20,820 bases of DNA. Origin: Candidatus Methylomirabilia bacterium. Lineage in GTDB: Bacteria; Methylomirabilota; Methylomirabilia; Rokubacteriales; CSP1-6. The notes beneath the pieces were generated by a model that saw only the letters and a list, made by a program, of their open reading frames with translations, was not told where the DNA came from and made no database searches. This document shows positions 8,541 through 16,912 of the stretch, in pieces; position 1 is the first letter of the stretch; each line of letters starts with the position of its first letter. Location of the stretch: NCBI GenBank assembly GCA_041496385.1, contig JBGQEL010000074.1, positions 1-20,820 of the forward strand. Reading direction: 5' to 3'. The position numbers were made by a program, and so were the translations under genes.

Positions 8541-10468
8541 GCAGAGCGGCGGGGGCCGAGCTCTGGGTCTGTTTCGAGATGCCCGGGGTCGAGCCGCCAC
8601 GCGGTTCGGTGGTGCTGAGCTTCATGTCGGCCGGGGACGAGGAGCGGGCCGAGGCCCGCTGGGGCGCCCAATTCGTCAACGGCCGGGTGCTGGCCGAGCG
8701 GGTGCGCCCCGAGGCGCGACGGCACTATGTGGACTTGATCGCGCGTATCGCCGCCACGCCGTGCCTGGGCGGGGCGACGCTGCGGCATGCGCTCCGCGGT
8801 GCCGACGGCTGCAGCCGCTGGTGGCTCCACAAGACCTCGGAGAAGGACTGCGGGTGGGACGAGGAAGTCACCTACGTCACGCTCGTCCGGGGTCTCTGCG
8901 TCCGGCGTCTCTGCCAGGAGCGGGGCATCGGGCGCGTTCGCGTGTTCGGCGGCGACACCGTGGTCGCCGCGGCGCTCGCGGGTCGCCACTCAAGCCGCAC
9001 GCGCCTGGCGCTCTCCCTGCTGTCGGCGCTGGTCACGGGAGTCCTGAGCCGGCTGGCCTTCCTGAAGTTCTACGTCGACCTCTGGCGGATCCTCCGGCGC
9101 GCGCGTGAACCCGAAGCCCGCCCGCTGGACGTCGTGCTGGAAGCGCACTGGGACTGGAGCCTTCGGCCCGACGGTCGCGGTGGGATCCGCGATCGGTACT
9201 CCGCCGATCTTCCGGATCGTCTGGAGCGCCAGGGCCTGCGCGTGGGCTGGTTCGCGTGGTGCGAGCCGTCCAGTGATGTCTGGCAACGAGGGCGCAGGAC
9301 TGCGGCCGTCCTCGCGCCGGCCCTGGACCGTCCGGACGTGATCGTACTCGAGCGCGAGCTCGGTCTGCGCGACATCCTGTCCGCGGCACTCAGGATCCGA
9401 TACCTCGTGACCTTCCTCCGGTTCGCGACGTCGCCGATCTTCCGGCGGCTCTTCCGCGTCGAGGGGCTCGAACTGTATCCGGTCATGCTGCCGATGCTTG
9501 TCGGCCTGTTCGCGAGGTCGACGATTCCCCGGGGCGAGCTCCTGATGCTCGCCACGGAGCGCGCCTGCCGGCGGCACCGGCCGAAGCTCCTCCTCACGTT
9601 CCTCGAGCTGTTTCTTCACACCCGGGCCATGTACGCGGGCGCCCGACGCGCGTCGGTCGGAGTCCGCCTGTGGACGGCGCAGCATGGAGCGTACTGCTCC
9701 GACAAGACCGGCGCGGTCCTGGATCCCGCCCGCGAGCTTCGCGGCGAGCCGGACGGGTGCGGCCTCCCGGCGCCCGATCGGATCTTCGCCATGGGGCACC
9801 TGGCCGGCGGCATCTGGGAGGCGAGCGGATTCTCCGAGCGCGTCCTCGTCACGGGCGGTCTCCGATTCCAGCACGTGTCCATCGAGCGCCGGCCCAGTGC
9901 CGGGCGCCGACCCGGTGGGCTGTCGGTTCTGCTGATCGGGGCGATGACGGAGGCGTGGGATCTCGATCTCTGCGAGGCGGCGACCCTGGCCGCCCGGGAC
10001 GTGCCTGGTATCCGCCTGCGCTTTCGCGACCACCCCTCGTACTGCCTGTCCGAGCGGCCGGGCTTCGCGCGCTTCAGAGGAGCGATCGAGGTCACCCGCG
10101 GCACCGTCGACGAGGATCTGGATGCGGCGGACCTCGTTCTCTTCACCTACTCGGGGCTGGCGGAGGAGGCGTTGCTCCGTGGCCTCCCCGTCTGGCAATG
10201 GCTGTGGGCCGGTGTCAACCCGACCGTGTTCGGGGATCTGGCCGTGGTGCCGACGTTCGCGTCGGTCACGGCGCTCCGCGACGCCCTGCGGACATTCGCC
10301 GCCGATCCGGCCGCCTTCCAGCCGGACCCGGCCGTTCAGGAACACGTGCTCCATCAGTGCTTCGGTCCCTCGCCGGCGCACGCCTCGGCGCGGATCGCCG
10401 AGGAGATCACGAGTCGAATCGCGCCCGCGGCGCCGCTCGCCGTCGGCCGGGGAAGGGACGTGCCATGA
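8537..10468 (+). CDS. Large surface carbohydrate biosynthesis protein (resembles TIGR04326/LIC13510 family; GT-B-like C-terminus)
   Basis: ATG at 8537 (ATGA overlap), in frame with track ORF 7895..10468; 643 aa. N-terminal SRWWLHKTSEK; C-terminal AQHG, PAPD.IFAMG, GGLRF, RFRDHP and TYSGLAEEALLRGLPV. The family assignment is from recalled motif similarity. Confidence 0.6.
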   Translation: MSRAAGAELWVCFEMPGVEPPRGSVVLSFMSAGDEERAEARWGAQFVNGRVLAERVRPEARRHYVDLIARIAATPCLGGATLRHALRGADGCSRWWLHKTSEKDCGWDEEVTYVTLVRGLCVRRLCQERGIGRVRVFGGDTVVAAALAGRHSSRTRLALSLLSALVTGVLSRLAFLKFYVDLWRILRRAREPEARPLDVVLEAHWDWSLRPDGRGGIRDRYSADLPDRLERQGLRVGWFAWCEPSSDVWQRGRRTAAVLAPALDRPDVIVLERELGLRDILSAALRIRYLVTFLRFATSPIFRRLFRVEGLELYPVMLPMLVGLFARSTIPRGELLMLATERACRRHRPKLLLTFLELFLHTRAMYAGARRASVGVRLWTAQHGAYCSDKTGAVLDPARELRGEPDGCGLPAPDRIFAMGHLAGGIWEASGFSERVLVTGGLRFQHVSIERRPSAGRRPGGLSVLLIGAMTEAWDLDLCEAATLAARDVPGIRLRFRDHPSYCLSERPGFARFRGAIEVTRGTVDEDLDAADLVLFTYSGLAEEALLRGLPVWQWLWAGVNPTVFGDLAVVPTFASVTALRDALRTFAADPAAFQPDPAVQEHVLHQCFGPSPAHASARIAEEITSRIAPAAPLAVGRGRDVP

Positions 10469-11085
10469 CCAACCTCGATCGGATGCTCGCCGAGGCGACG
10501 GGTGCGGGTGAGTACGCCCGGCGCTACGTGCAGTACCTGGGCAGCCTGCTCGCCGGCCTGGACTTCACCGCGGTGGAGCGGTTCGTCCAGGTGCTGGAGC
10601 GGGCTCGCGACGCGGGCCGGACGGTCTTCTTCGCCGGCAACGGCGGGAGCGCTGCCACCGCGTCGCACTGGGCCAACGACCTCCTCCTGGGGACTCGCGA
10701 CCCGGCGGCACGGCCGTTCCGCGCGGTGAGCCTCGCCGACAACGCGGCGGTGCTCACGTGCCTGGCCAACGACCGCGAATACGCCGACGTGTTCGTCGGC
10801 CAGCTCGAGGGTCTGCTCGAGTCCGGTGATGTGCTGGTCGTCATCTCGGCGAGCGGCAACTCGCCCAATGTGGTCCGCGCCGCGGAGTTCGCGCGGTCCC
10901 ATGGCGCGACGACGATCGGCCTGGTCGGCTTCGACGGCGGCCAGCTCCGGACGCTCTGCGACGTCGTGATCCAGGTGACGACTCCCAAGGGCGAGTACGG
11001 CCCCGTCGAGGACGCCCACCTCGTCCTCGACCACATCGTCACGGGCTGGCTGGCGATGCGCCGGCGCGCGGGGAGCGGCACGTGA
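10465..11085 (+). CDS. gmhA: SIS-domain phosphosugar isomerase (GmhA/phosphoheptose isomerase-like)
   Basis: ATG at 10465 (ATGA overlap). Motifs GNGGSAATASH, DN..VLTCLAND, GDVLVVISASGNSPNV, GFDGG and EDAH; 206 aa. Confidence 0.85.
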   Translation: MTNLDRMLAEATGAGEYARRYVQYLGSLLAGLDFTAVERFVQVLERARDAGRTVFFAGNGGSAATASHWANDLLLGTRDPAARPFRAVSLADNAAVLTCLANDREYADVFVGQLEGLLESGDVLVVISASGNSPNVVRAAEFARSHGATTIGLVGFDGGQLRTLCDVVIQVTTPKGEYGPVEDAHLVLDHIVTGWLAMRRRAGSGT

Positions 11086-11861
11086 AGAACGGGCTACGGG
11101 TCGCGCTGCGGGCCGGCCGCCCGGTGCTCGGCACGTGGCTGCAGTTCGGTCACACGGCGATCGCCGAGGTGCTGGCGCAGGCCGGCTTCGAGTGGATCGG
11201 GATCGACCTCGAGCACAGCGTGATCGGCCTCGAGACGCTGCAGCCCCTCATCCAGGTGATCGAGCTGTCGGGATGTGTGCCCCTGGTCCGGCTGTCGAGC
11301 AACGATCCCGTGCTCGCCAAGCGGGTGATGGACGCGGGCGCCCACGGGGTGATCGTGCCCGCCGTGAACACGCCGGAGGAGGCCGAGCGCGCCGTTCGAT
11401 CCGTGAAGTATCCACCCGACGGCTTCCGCGGCGTCGGCCTCGCCCGGGCGCACGCGTACGGGCCGCGGTTCCAGGAGTACGTCGCCGAGGTTCGGGAGTA
11501 CGCGGTCGTGATCGTGATGATCGAGCACCGCACGGGCGTGGAGCAGCTCGAGAAGATCCTCCGCGTGCCCGGTGTCGATGCGCTCTTCGTCGGTCCGTAC
11601 GATCTATCGGCGTCCTACGGGGTGGCCGGGCAGTTCGAGCATCCGCTCATGCGCGAGGCCATGGCGCGGATCCTGACGGTGGCGCGGGAGGCGACGGTGC
11701 CGCCGGGCATCCACGTCGTGCACCCGCCGATCGCCCAGGTGCGGGCCCGCCTCGCCGAGGGTTTCCGCTTCATCGCCTACGGCGGCGACATGCTCTTCCT
11801 GGTGCCGGCGGTCCGCGAGGCCGCGCGGCAACTGCGCGAGCTGCCGGCGGAAGGACGCTGA
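11082..11861 (+). CDS. HpcH/HpaI family class II (metal-dependent) pyruvate aldolase
   Basis: GTG at 11082 (GTGA overlap). Motifs IDLEHS, LVRL, DAGA.GVIVP.V, YPP.G.RG.G, MIE and FVGPYDLS; the family's catalytic His, Arg, Glu and Asp positions appear intact. Confidence 0.92.
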   Translation: MKNGLRVALRAGRPVLGTWLQFGHTAIAEVLAQAGFEWIGIDLEHSVIGLETLQPLIQVIELSGCVPLVRLSSNDPVLAKRVMDAGAHGVIVPAVNTPEEAERAVRSVKYPPDGFRGVGLARAHAYGPRFQEYVAEVREYAVVIVMIEHRTGVEQLEKILRVPGVDALFVGPYDLSASYGVAGQFEHPLMREAMARILTVAREATVPPGIHVVHPPIAQVRARLAEGFRFIAYGGDMLFLVPAVREAARQLRELPAEGR

Positions 11862-11893
11862 GGCCTGGGGGTTTGCGCGACCGCGTGAAAGCC

Positions 11894-12706
11894 ATGACGC
11901 CCGAGTTCGTCCGGGCGATCTACCGCCGGTCCCGGCGGGCCGCCCGCTCCGTGCGTCGGGCGCTCCGCGGTGTGACGACGTGCCGGGTGCGCGGGGCCAC
12001 GGTCCGCATCGCCGTCGGCTCGGAGCAGGAGCAGTGGCGCGTCGAGACCTACGCGTCGAAGGAGCCCGAGACGCTCGACTGGCTCGACGCTCACCTCCGC
12101 GACGGCGACACGCTGTTCGACGTGGGCGCGAACATCGGCCTCTACGCGCTCTACGCGGCGATCACACGGCCAGGGAGCCTCGTCTACGCGTTCGAGCCGG
12201 CCTTCATGAACTACGCGCGCCTCTGCGAGAACATCGCGCTGAACGACCTCACGAACGTGATCCCGTGTAACTTCCCGCTGGCGGGCCGCGACGCCTTCGG
12301 GCTGTTTCACGTGGGCGACCTCGAGCGCGGCTCGGCGCTGCACGCCTTCGGGCGGCCCAGCGAGTACCGCGCGGCGTCCGCGCCGGCACCGGTGATCCAG
12401 GGGTCTCTGGCGGTGACGCTCGACACCCTCGTGACGCGGCACGGCGTTCCCACGCCCGCGCTGGTGAAGCTGGACGTGGACGGTCTGGAGGAGGAGATCC
12501 TCGCCGGGGCGGCGGTCGTGCTCCGCTCCGCGACGCTCCGGAGCCTGCTCGTGGAGCTGAGCGGCAAGGACGACGCGGCGCTCGCCGTCGCCGCCGATCG
12601 GATCGTCGCCCTCGGCTACCGGATCGCGCGCACGAGCCACTGGACGTCTGAGCTCAGCGACATTCGCTCGCGCAACTACGTCTTCGTCCGCGGCGGGAGC
12701 GCGTGA
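11894..12706 (+). CDS. FkbM family methyltransferase
   Basis: KEPETLDW, FDVGANIGLY, VYAFEP and VKLDVDGLE. Start is uncertain: ATG 11894, or in-frame GTG 11885, TTG 11873 or CTG 11858. Confidence 0.88.
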   Translation: MTPEFVRAIYRRSRRAARSVRRALRGVTTCRVRGATVRIAVGSEQEQWRVETYASKEPETLDWLDAHLRDGDTLFDVGANIGLYALYAAITRPGSLVYAFEPAFMNYARLCENIALNDLTNVIPCNFPLAGRDAFGLFHVGDLERGSALHAFGRPSEYRAASAPAPVIQGSLAVTLDTLVTRHGVPTPALVKLDVDGLEEEILAGAAVVLRSATLRSLLVELSGKDDAALAVAADRIVALGYRIARTSHWTSELSDIRSRNYVFVRGGSA

Positions 12707-14238
12707 TCGAGCGGGTCGCGGTCCGGTTCGTCGCCACCTTCGCCGTCAACGTGCTGCGCGCCGGACTCTCGCTCGTCGCCGGCCTGGTGGTCGCTCGCGA
12801 GCTGGGGGCCGTCGACTTCGGCAACCTGAGCTTCGTGCTCGCGAGCTTCACGGCGCTTGCGCAGGTCTGGGACCTCGGGACCTCTTCGGCCTTCTACACG
12901 TTCCTTTCGCGGCGGCCACGGTCGCCGCGCTTCTTCGCACTCTACTTCGGCTGGCTCGCGTTCCAGGCCGCCGCCACCGTGCTAGCCGTCGCCTTGCTCT
13001 TCCCGGACTCGCTCGTCCGCTGGTTCTGGCTCGGTCAGGACCGGGGGACGGTTCTGCTCGCATTCGCGGCGAGCTTCATGATGACCCAGGTCTGGGCGGC
13101 GGCCAGCCAGCTGGGCGAGGCGGTGCGGCGGACCGTGCTCGTCCAGGCAGCGTCGCTCGTTCAGGCGGTGGTGCATCTCGGGCTGGTTATCGCCGCCGCG
13201 CGCGCGGGCTGGCTCGGCGTGCCGACGGTGCTGGCCCTTCTCGTCGTCGAGCACGTCCTGCTGGGGATGGCGCTCGGACCAAAGCTCGTCCGGGCCAACC
13301 TGGCTCCGGCCGGCGGCGACGGCGAGGAGTCCGTGGTGGCGGAGTTCGCTCGATACTGTGCGCCGCTGCTCGTCTATGGCTGGGTCAGCTTCATCTATGC
13401 GTTCGCCGACCGCTGGCTGCTCCAGCATTTCGGTGGCGCGACGCAGCAGGGATTCTTCGCGGTCGGGCAGCAGCTTGCCAACGTCAGCTTGATCGCGACG
13501 TCGTCCGTCCTGCGCGTCTTGTGGAAGGAGGTCGCCGAGGCGACCGAGCGGGGTGATCTTGCCCGCGCTGCCACGCTCTACGGGGCAGCCTGCCGCGGCT
13601 TCTACTTCGCCAGCGCGTGGGTGAGCTGTCTGCTCATCCCGTTCAGTCGCGAGATCCTCGCGTGGACGGTCGGACCGGGCTACGAGGGCGCGGCGCCCGT
13701 CCTGATGCTGCTGCTGTTGCTCCCGTTGCACCAGTCGCTCGGCCAGATCGCGGGCACCTTCTTCTACGCGACGGGCCGGACACGCGCTTACGCGCGTATC
13801 GGCCTGGTCGTCATGGCGGTCAGCGTGCCGTGGACCTACCTGATGCTCGCCGACAACGCGGCGCCGGTCCCCGGGCTCGGGCTCGCCGCGGTGGGCCTCG
13901 CGGTCAAGATGGTGCTGCTCCAGATCGTCAGCGTGAACGTGCAGGCATGGACGATCGCGCGCGACAACGGCGTCCCGTTCGAGTGGGGCTATCAGCCCGG
14001 CGTGTTTGCTCTCCTGCTCGGCCTCGGCTTCGCGTGCCGCCTGGGAGCGGGTGGCGCGGCGCGGCTCGTCGGGCTCCGCGAGCCGTTCCTTGCCGAGGCC
14101 GCGCTCACCGCCGTGGCCTACGCGGGCGCCGCCGGCGTCTGCGTCTACGCCGTGCCGTCGCTCGCGGGGCTCACGCGCCGGCATCTCCGCCTGGCGATGG
14201 ACAGCCTGACGCGTCGGGGCCGCCCGATTGCCGCGTAG
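12703..14238 (+). CDS. wzx: Polysaccharide flippase (Wzx/MATE-like polysaccharide biosynthesis protein)
   Basis: 511 aa with many hydrophobic helices. N-terminal VARELGAVDFG and DLG; second-half ADRWLL..FGG...QGFF.VG motif, typical of Wzx. Confidence 0.85.
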   Translation: MIERVAVRFVATFAVNVLRAGLSLVAGLVVARELGAVDFGNLSFVLASFTALAQVWDLGTSSAFYTFLSRRPRSPRFFALYFGWLAFQAAATVLAVALLFPDSLVRWFWLGQDRGTVLLAFAASFMMTQVWAAASQLGEAVRRTVLVQAASLVQAVVHLGLVIAAARAGWLGVPTVLALLVVEHVLLGMALGPKLVRANLAPAGGDGEESVVAEFARYCAPLLVYGWVSFIYAFADRWLLQHFGGATQQGFFAVGQQLANVSLIATSSVLRVLWKEVAEATERGDLARAATLYGAACRGFYFASAWVSCLLIPFSREILAWTVGPGYEGAAPVLMLLLLLPLHQSLGQIAGTFFYATGRTRAYARIGLVVMAVSVPWTYLMLADNAAPVPGLGLAAVGLAVKMVLLQIVSVNVQAWTIARDNGVPFEWGYQPGVFALLLGLGFACRLGAGGAARLVGLREPFLAEAALTAVAYAGAAGVCVYAVPSLAGLTRRHLRLAMDSLTRRGRPIAA

Positions 14239-14245
14239 GTCGACG

Positions 14246-15007
14246 GTGGCCTCGCCGACCGACCTCCGCGCCTCGCTCGCACTCGCGGAGCGTGCCGCGC
14301 GCCTGGCGGGCGCGCTGCTCCGTGAGCGGGGGCCCGTCGCCCTCGTGGCCGAATCGCAACGCGACGTGAAGCTCGACGCCGACCACCGTGCCGAGGCCGC
14401 CATCGTCCGTGCGCTCCAGGCGGGCTCGGACTTTGCCGTCCTCGCCGAGGAGCAGGGCGCGATTGCGGGCCGGATTGCGGGCAGCTGGCGCTGGATCGTC
14501 GATCCGCTCGACGGCAGCCTGAACTATCTCCGCGGCATGCCCTTCTGCGCCGTCGCCGTCGCACTGTGCGAGGGGGACGAGCCGGTGGCGGGCGTGGTGT
14601 ACGACTTCCACAGGGACGAGATGTTCACGGGGCTCGTGGGCGAAGGGGCCTGGCTCAACGGTGCGCCGGTATGCGTGAGCGCGATCGAGGAGCAAGAGCG
14701 TGCCGTGCTCGGCACCGGCTTCCCGGCCGGGAGCGATTTCGCGCCGGAGTCGCTCGGGGGCTTCGTGAGCCAGGTGCGCGAGTACCGGAAAGTGCGGCTC
14801 CTGGGCTCCGCGGCACTCTCGCTCGCCTACGTCGCCACGGGCCGGCTCGACGCGTACCTGGAGCGGGATATCAAGCTCTGGGACGTCGCGGCCGGCCTCG
14901 CCCTCGTGCGCGCAGCCGGCGGGCGCATCCTGCGCGCGGCGTCGCGCGGGCCGCACGCGCTGACCGTGTACGCCGACAACGGGTTGCTGCCGGAGCCGAC
15001 GCTGTGA
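14246..15007 (+). CDS. Inositol monophosphatase family phosphatase
   Basis: D..AE..I, VLAEE, WIVDPLDGSLNY, G.GAWLNG, R.LGSAAL.LAYVA.G and WDVAAG. Probable start is GTG 14246 (AGGT just upstream); the track gives TTG 14228. Confidence 0.92.
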   Translation: MASPTDLRASLALAERAARLAGALLRERGPVALVAESQRDVKLDADHRAEAAIVRALQAGSDFAVLAEEQGAIAGRIAGSWRWIVDPLDGSLNYLRGMPFCAVAVALCEGDEPVAGVVYDFHRDEMFTGLVGEGAWLNGAPVCVSAIEEQERAVLGTGFPAGSDFAPESLGGFVSQVREYRKVRLLGSAALSLAYVATGRLDAYLERDIKLWDVAAGLALVRAAGGRILRAASRGPHALTVYADNGLLPEPTL

Positions 15008-16911
15008 CGGCCGAGACGCCGAGCGAGCTGCGGAATTTTCTCGTGCGGTGCCGGGCCCCGCGGCTCGCTCTCGGGGCACTCGGCTTCTATACGAGCCGTC
15101 TCGCCCGGCGGACCGTCGGGCGAATCCTTCCGGCCTCGGCACGCTACCCGGCGTCGGTCCGCGCCGCGCTCCGCGACGTGCGCGGTCAAGAGCGGGCGGG
15201 CGGGACGGCGCCGGTCGCGCCGCCGGCCACGGCGGTGCGCGGGCCGATCGCGCTCGCGCTCGCCGGCCGCGAGCATCTGTTCCCCGAGCGGCCCGAGTGG
15301 GACGCCGTGTTTCCCGACCCAGAGGACACCGAGGCGCTGCACCGCTGGAACTGGCTCCTCCGGGCGCCGCGCGCTACCGGCGGCATCGACCTCCGGACCT
15401 GGGGGCTCGCTCTCCTGAGAAGCTGGATCGTGCAGATGGGCGCGCGGCGGGAAGGTCCCGCCTGGGAGAGTTACACGACCGGTGAGCGCATCTGCAACGC
15501 GGTCGTGTTTCTCGCGCGGACTAGCGAAGGCTCGGAGAGCCGACTGGACATTCCCTCCGACCTCGCGGCGGCGCTGACGGATATGGCCTGCTTTCTCGCG
15601 CGGCGGCTCGAGTATCACGGTGCCGATACGACCGGCAACCACGTGCTGAACAACGCCCGCGCCCTCTACTTCGCCGGCCAGGCCCTCCGCCGCCCGGCGC
15701 TGACGCGCCTGGCGCTGGCCGTGCTGCGCCACGACGCCGGCGGGCTCGTCGACCGCGACGGCTTCCTGCGCGAGGGATCGAGCCACTATCATTTCCTTGC
15801 CACGCGCTGGCTGCTCGAGTGTCTCTGGCTGGCGGCGCGCACGGGCGAGCGCGAGCTGCCCGAGGTGATCGAGCCGCTCGCGCGCCGCATGGTCGAGCGC
15901 TGCTGGTTCTTCCTTGTACCGGGGCGCCACGCCGGGGAGTGGAGCATCCCGCTCATCGGTGACGTCTCGCCCGACGTGCCGTGGGAATGGCTCCTCGATC
16001 TGCCGTGGAGCGTGCCCGCACTGGGCCTTCACGCGCCGGCGTCCGTTCCGACGCCGCCGGCCGAGGTCGGGTGGAGCGGTCTGTTCGGCCGTGGTGGCCA
16101 GGCCGGTTCCTCAGTGCCCGATCGCGCGGCCGCGCCGACGATGCAGGCGTTCGCCGCGAGCGGATGGTACCGGCTCGACTGGGGATCGTTGACGCTCTTC
16201 TGGCGCGTCGAGCCCGGAGGCCCACCCGCGTCGTTCGCCTCGCACGCCCACTGCGACGCGGGCTCCTTCTGCCTCTTCTGGGAGGGCGCCGAGGTCGTTG
16301 CGGATCCGGGCCGGCCCAACTATCTGGCCCACGATCCGCTCGGCCGTTACGCCGCCTCGGCGCGGGCGCATAGCGCGATCGTGATCGACGGCTACGAGCC
16401 GTTCGTCCACTGGCGCCGGTCCCGGTACCCACGCGCCTATCGAGCCGCCGACGTGGACGTGCGCTGGGAGAGCGGTTCAGAGTCCGCGTCGCTGTCGATC
16501 CGCCACACGGGATTCGCGCGCCTGCACGGCGATCGCATCGTCGTGGAACGGGTCTTCCGGATCCGGCGGGAGGAGCTCGTGATCGACGACGCGATCTCGG
16601 GCCGCTCGGTGCGGTCGGTCGAGACGCGCTTTCAATTTGCTCCCGACGTGGAAGTGCTCGGGGAGGGCCCCACGTGCTTCTCCGTGAAGGCCGGCAGGGC
16701 CGATCTCCGCGCCGTGCTTCGCGCCAAGCCCGTCGATCCCGACGACACGACGGTCGTCACGGCCTGCGTGTTGCGCGGCCAGACCGCCCCGACTCCCGGC
16801 GGCTGGTGCTTCCCCGGGTACGGGCGGGCCGTGGAGGCGCCGACGCTCCTGTTCGAAGCGCGCGCGGCCCTGCCGTACCGTCGGCGCTACCTCCTGCGCT
16901 GGGGTGCGTGA
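15004..16911 (+). CDS. Heparinase II/III-like family protein
   Basis: GTG at 15004 (GTGA overlap), in frame with track ORF 14566..16911. Motifs LEY...[41 protein letters not shown] and AHSAIVIDG. Confidence 0.83.
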   Translation: MTAETPSELRNFLVRCRAPRLALGALGFYTSRLARRTVGRILPASARYPASVRAALRDVRGQERAGGTAPVAPPATAVRGPIALALAGREHLFPERPEWDAVFPDPEDTEALHRWNWLLRAPRATGGIDLRTWGLALLRSWIVQMGARREGPAWESYTTGERICNAVVFLARTSEGSESRLDIPSDLAAALTDMACFLARRLEYHGADTTGNHVLNNARALYFAGQALRRPALTRLALAVLRHDAGGLVDRDGFLREGSSHYHFLATRWLLECLWLAARTGERELPEVIEPLARRMVERCWFFLVPGRHAGEWSIPLIGDVSPDVPWEWLLDLPWSVPALGLHAPASVPTPPAEVGWSGLFGRGGQAGSSVPDRAAAPTMQAFAASGWYRLDWGSLTLFWRVEPGGPPASFASHAHCDAGSFCLFWEGAEVVADPGRPNYLAHDPLGRYAASARAHSAIVIDGYEPFVHWRRSRYPRAYRAADVDVRWESGSESASLSIRHTGFARLHGDRIVVERVFRIRREELVIDDAISGRSVRSVETRFQFAPDVEVLGEGPTCFSVKAGRADLRAVLRAKPVDPDDTTVVTACVLRGQTAPTPGGWCFPGYGRAVEAPTLLFEARAALPYRRRYLLRWGA

Positions 16912-16912
16912 G

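Noticed and set aside
14461..14482. Short direct repeat GATTGCGGGC x2 (12-nt period, encoding IAGRIAG)
   Set aside because: Only two in-frame copies in a variable loop of the IMPase; not an array or a target-site duplication.
16904..16912. Track start for asnB at 16904 (MREMCG)
   Set aside because: Ntn amidotransferases need Cys as the mature N-terminal residue, so ATG 16913 is the credible start.
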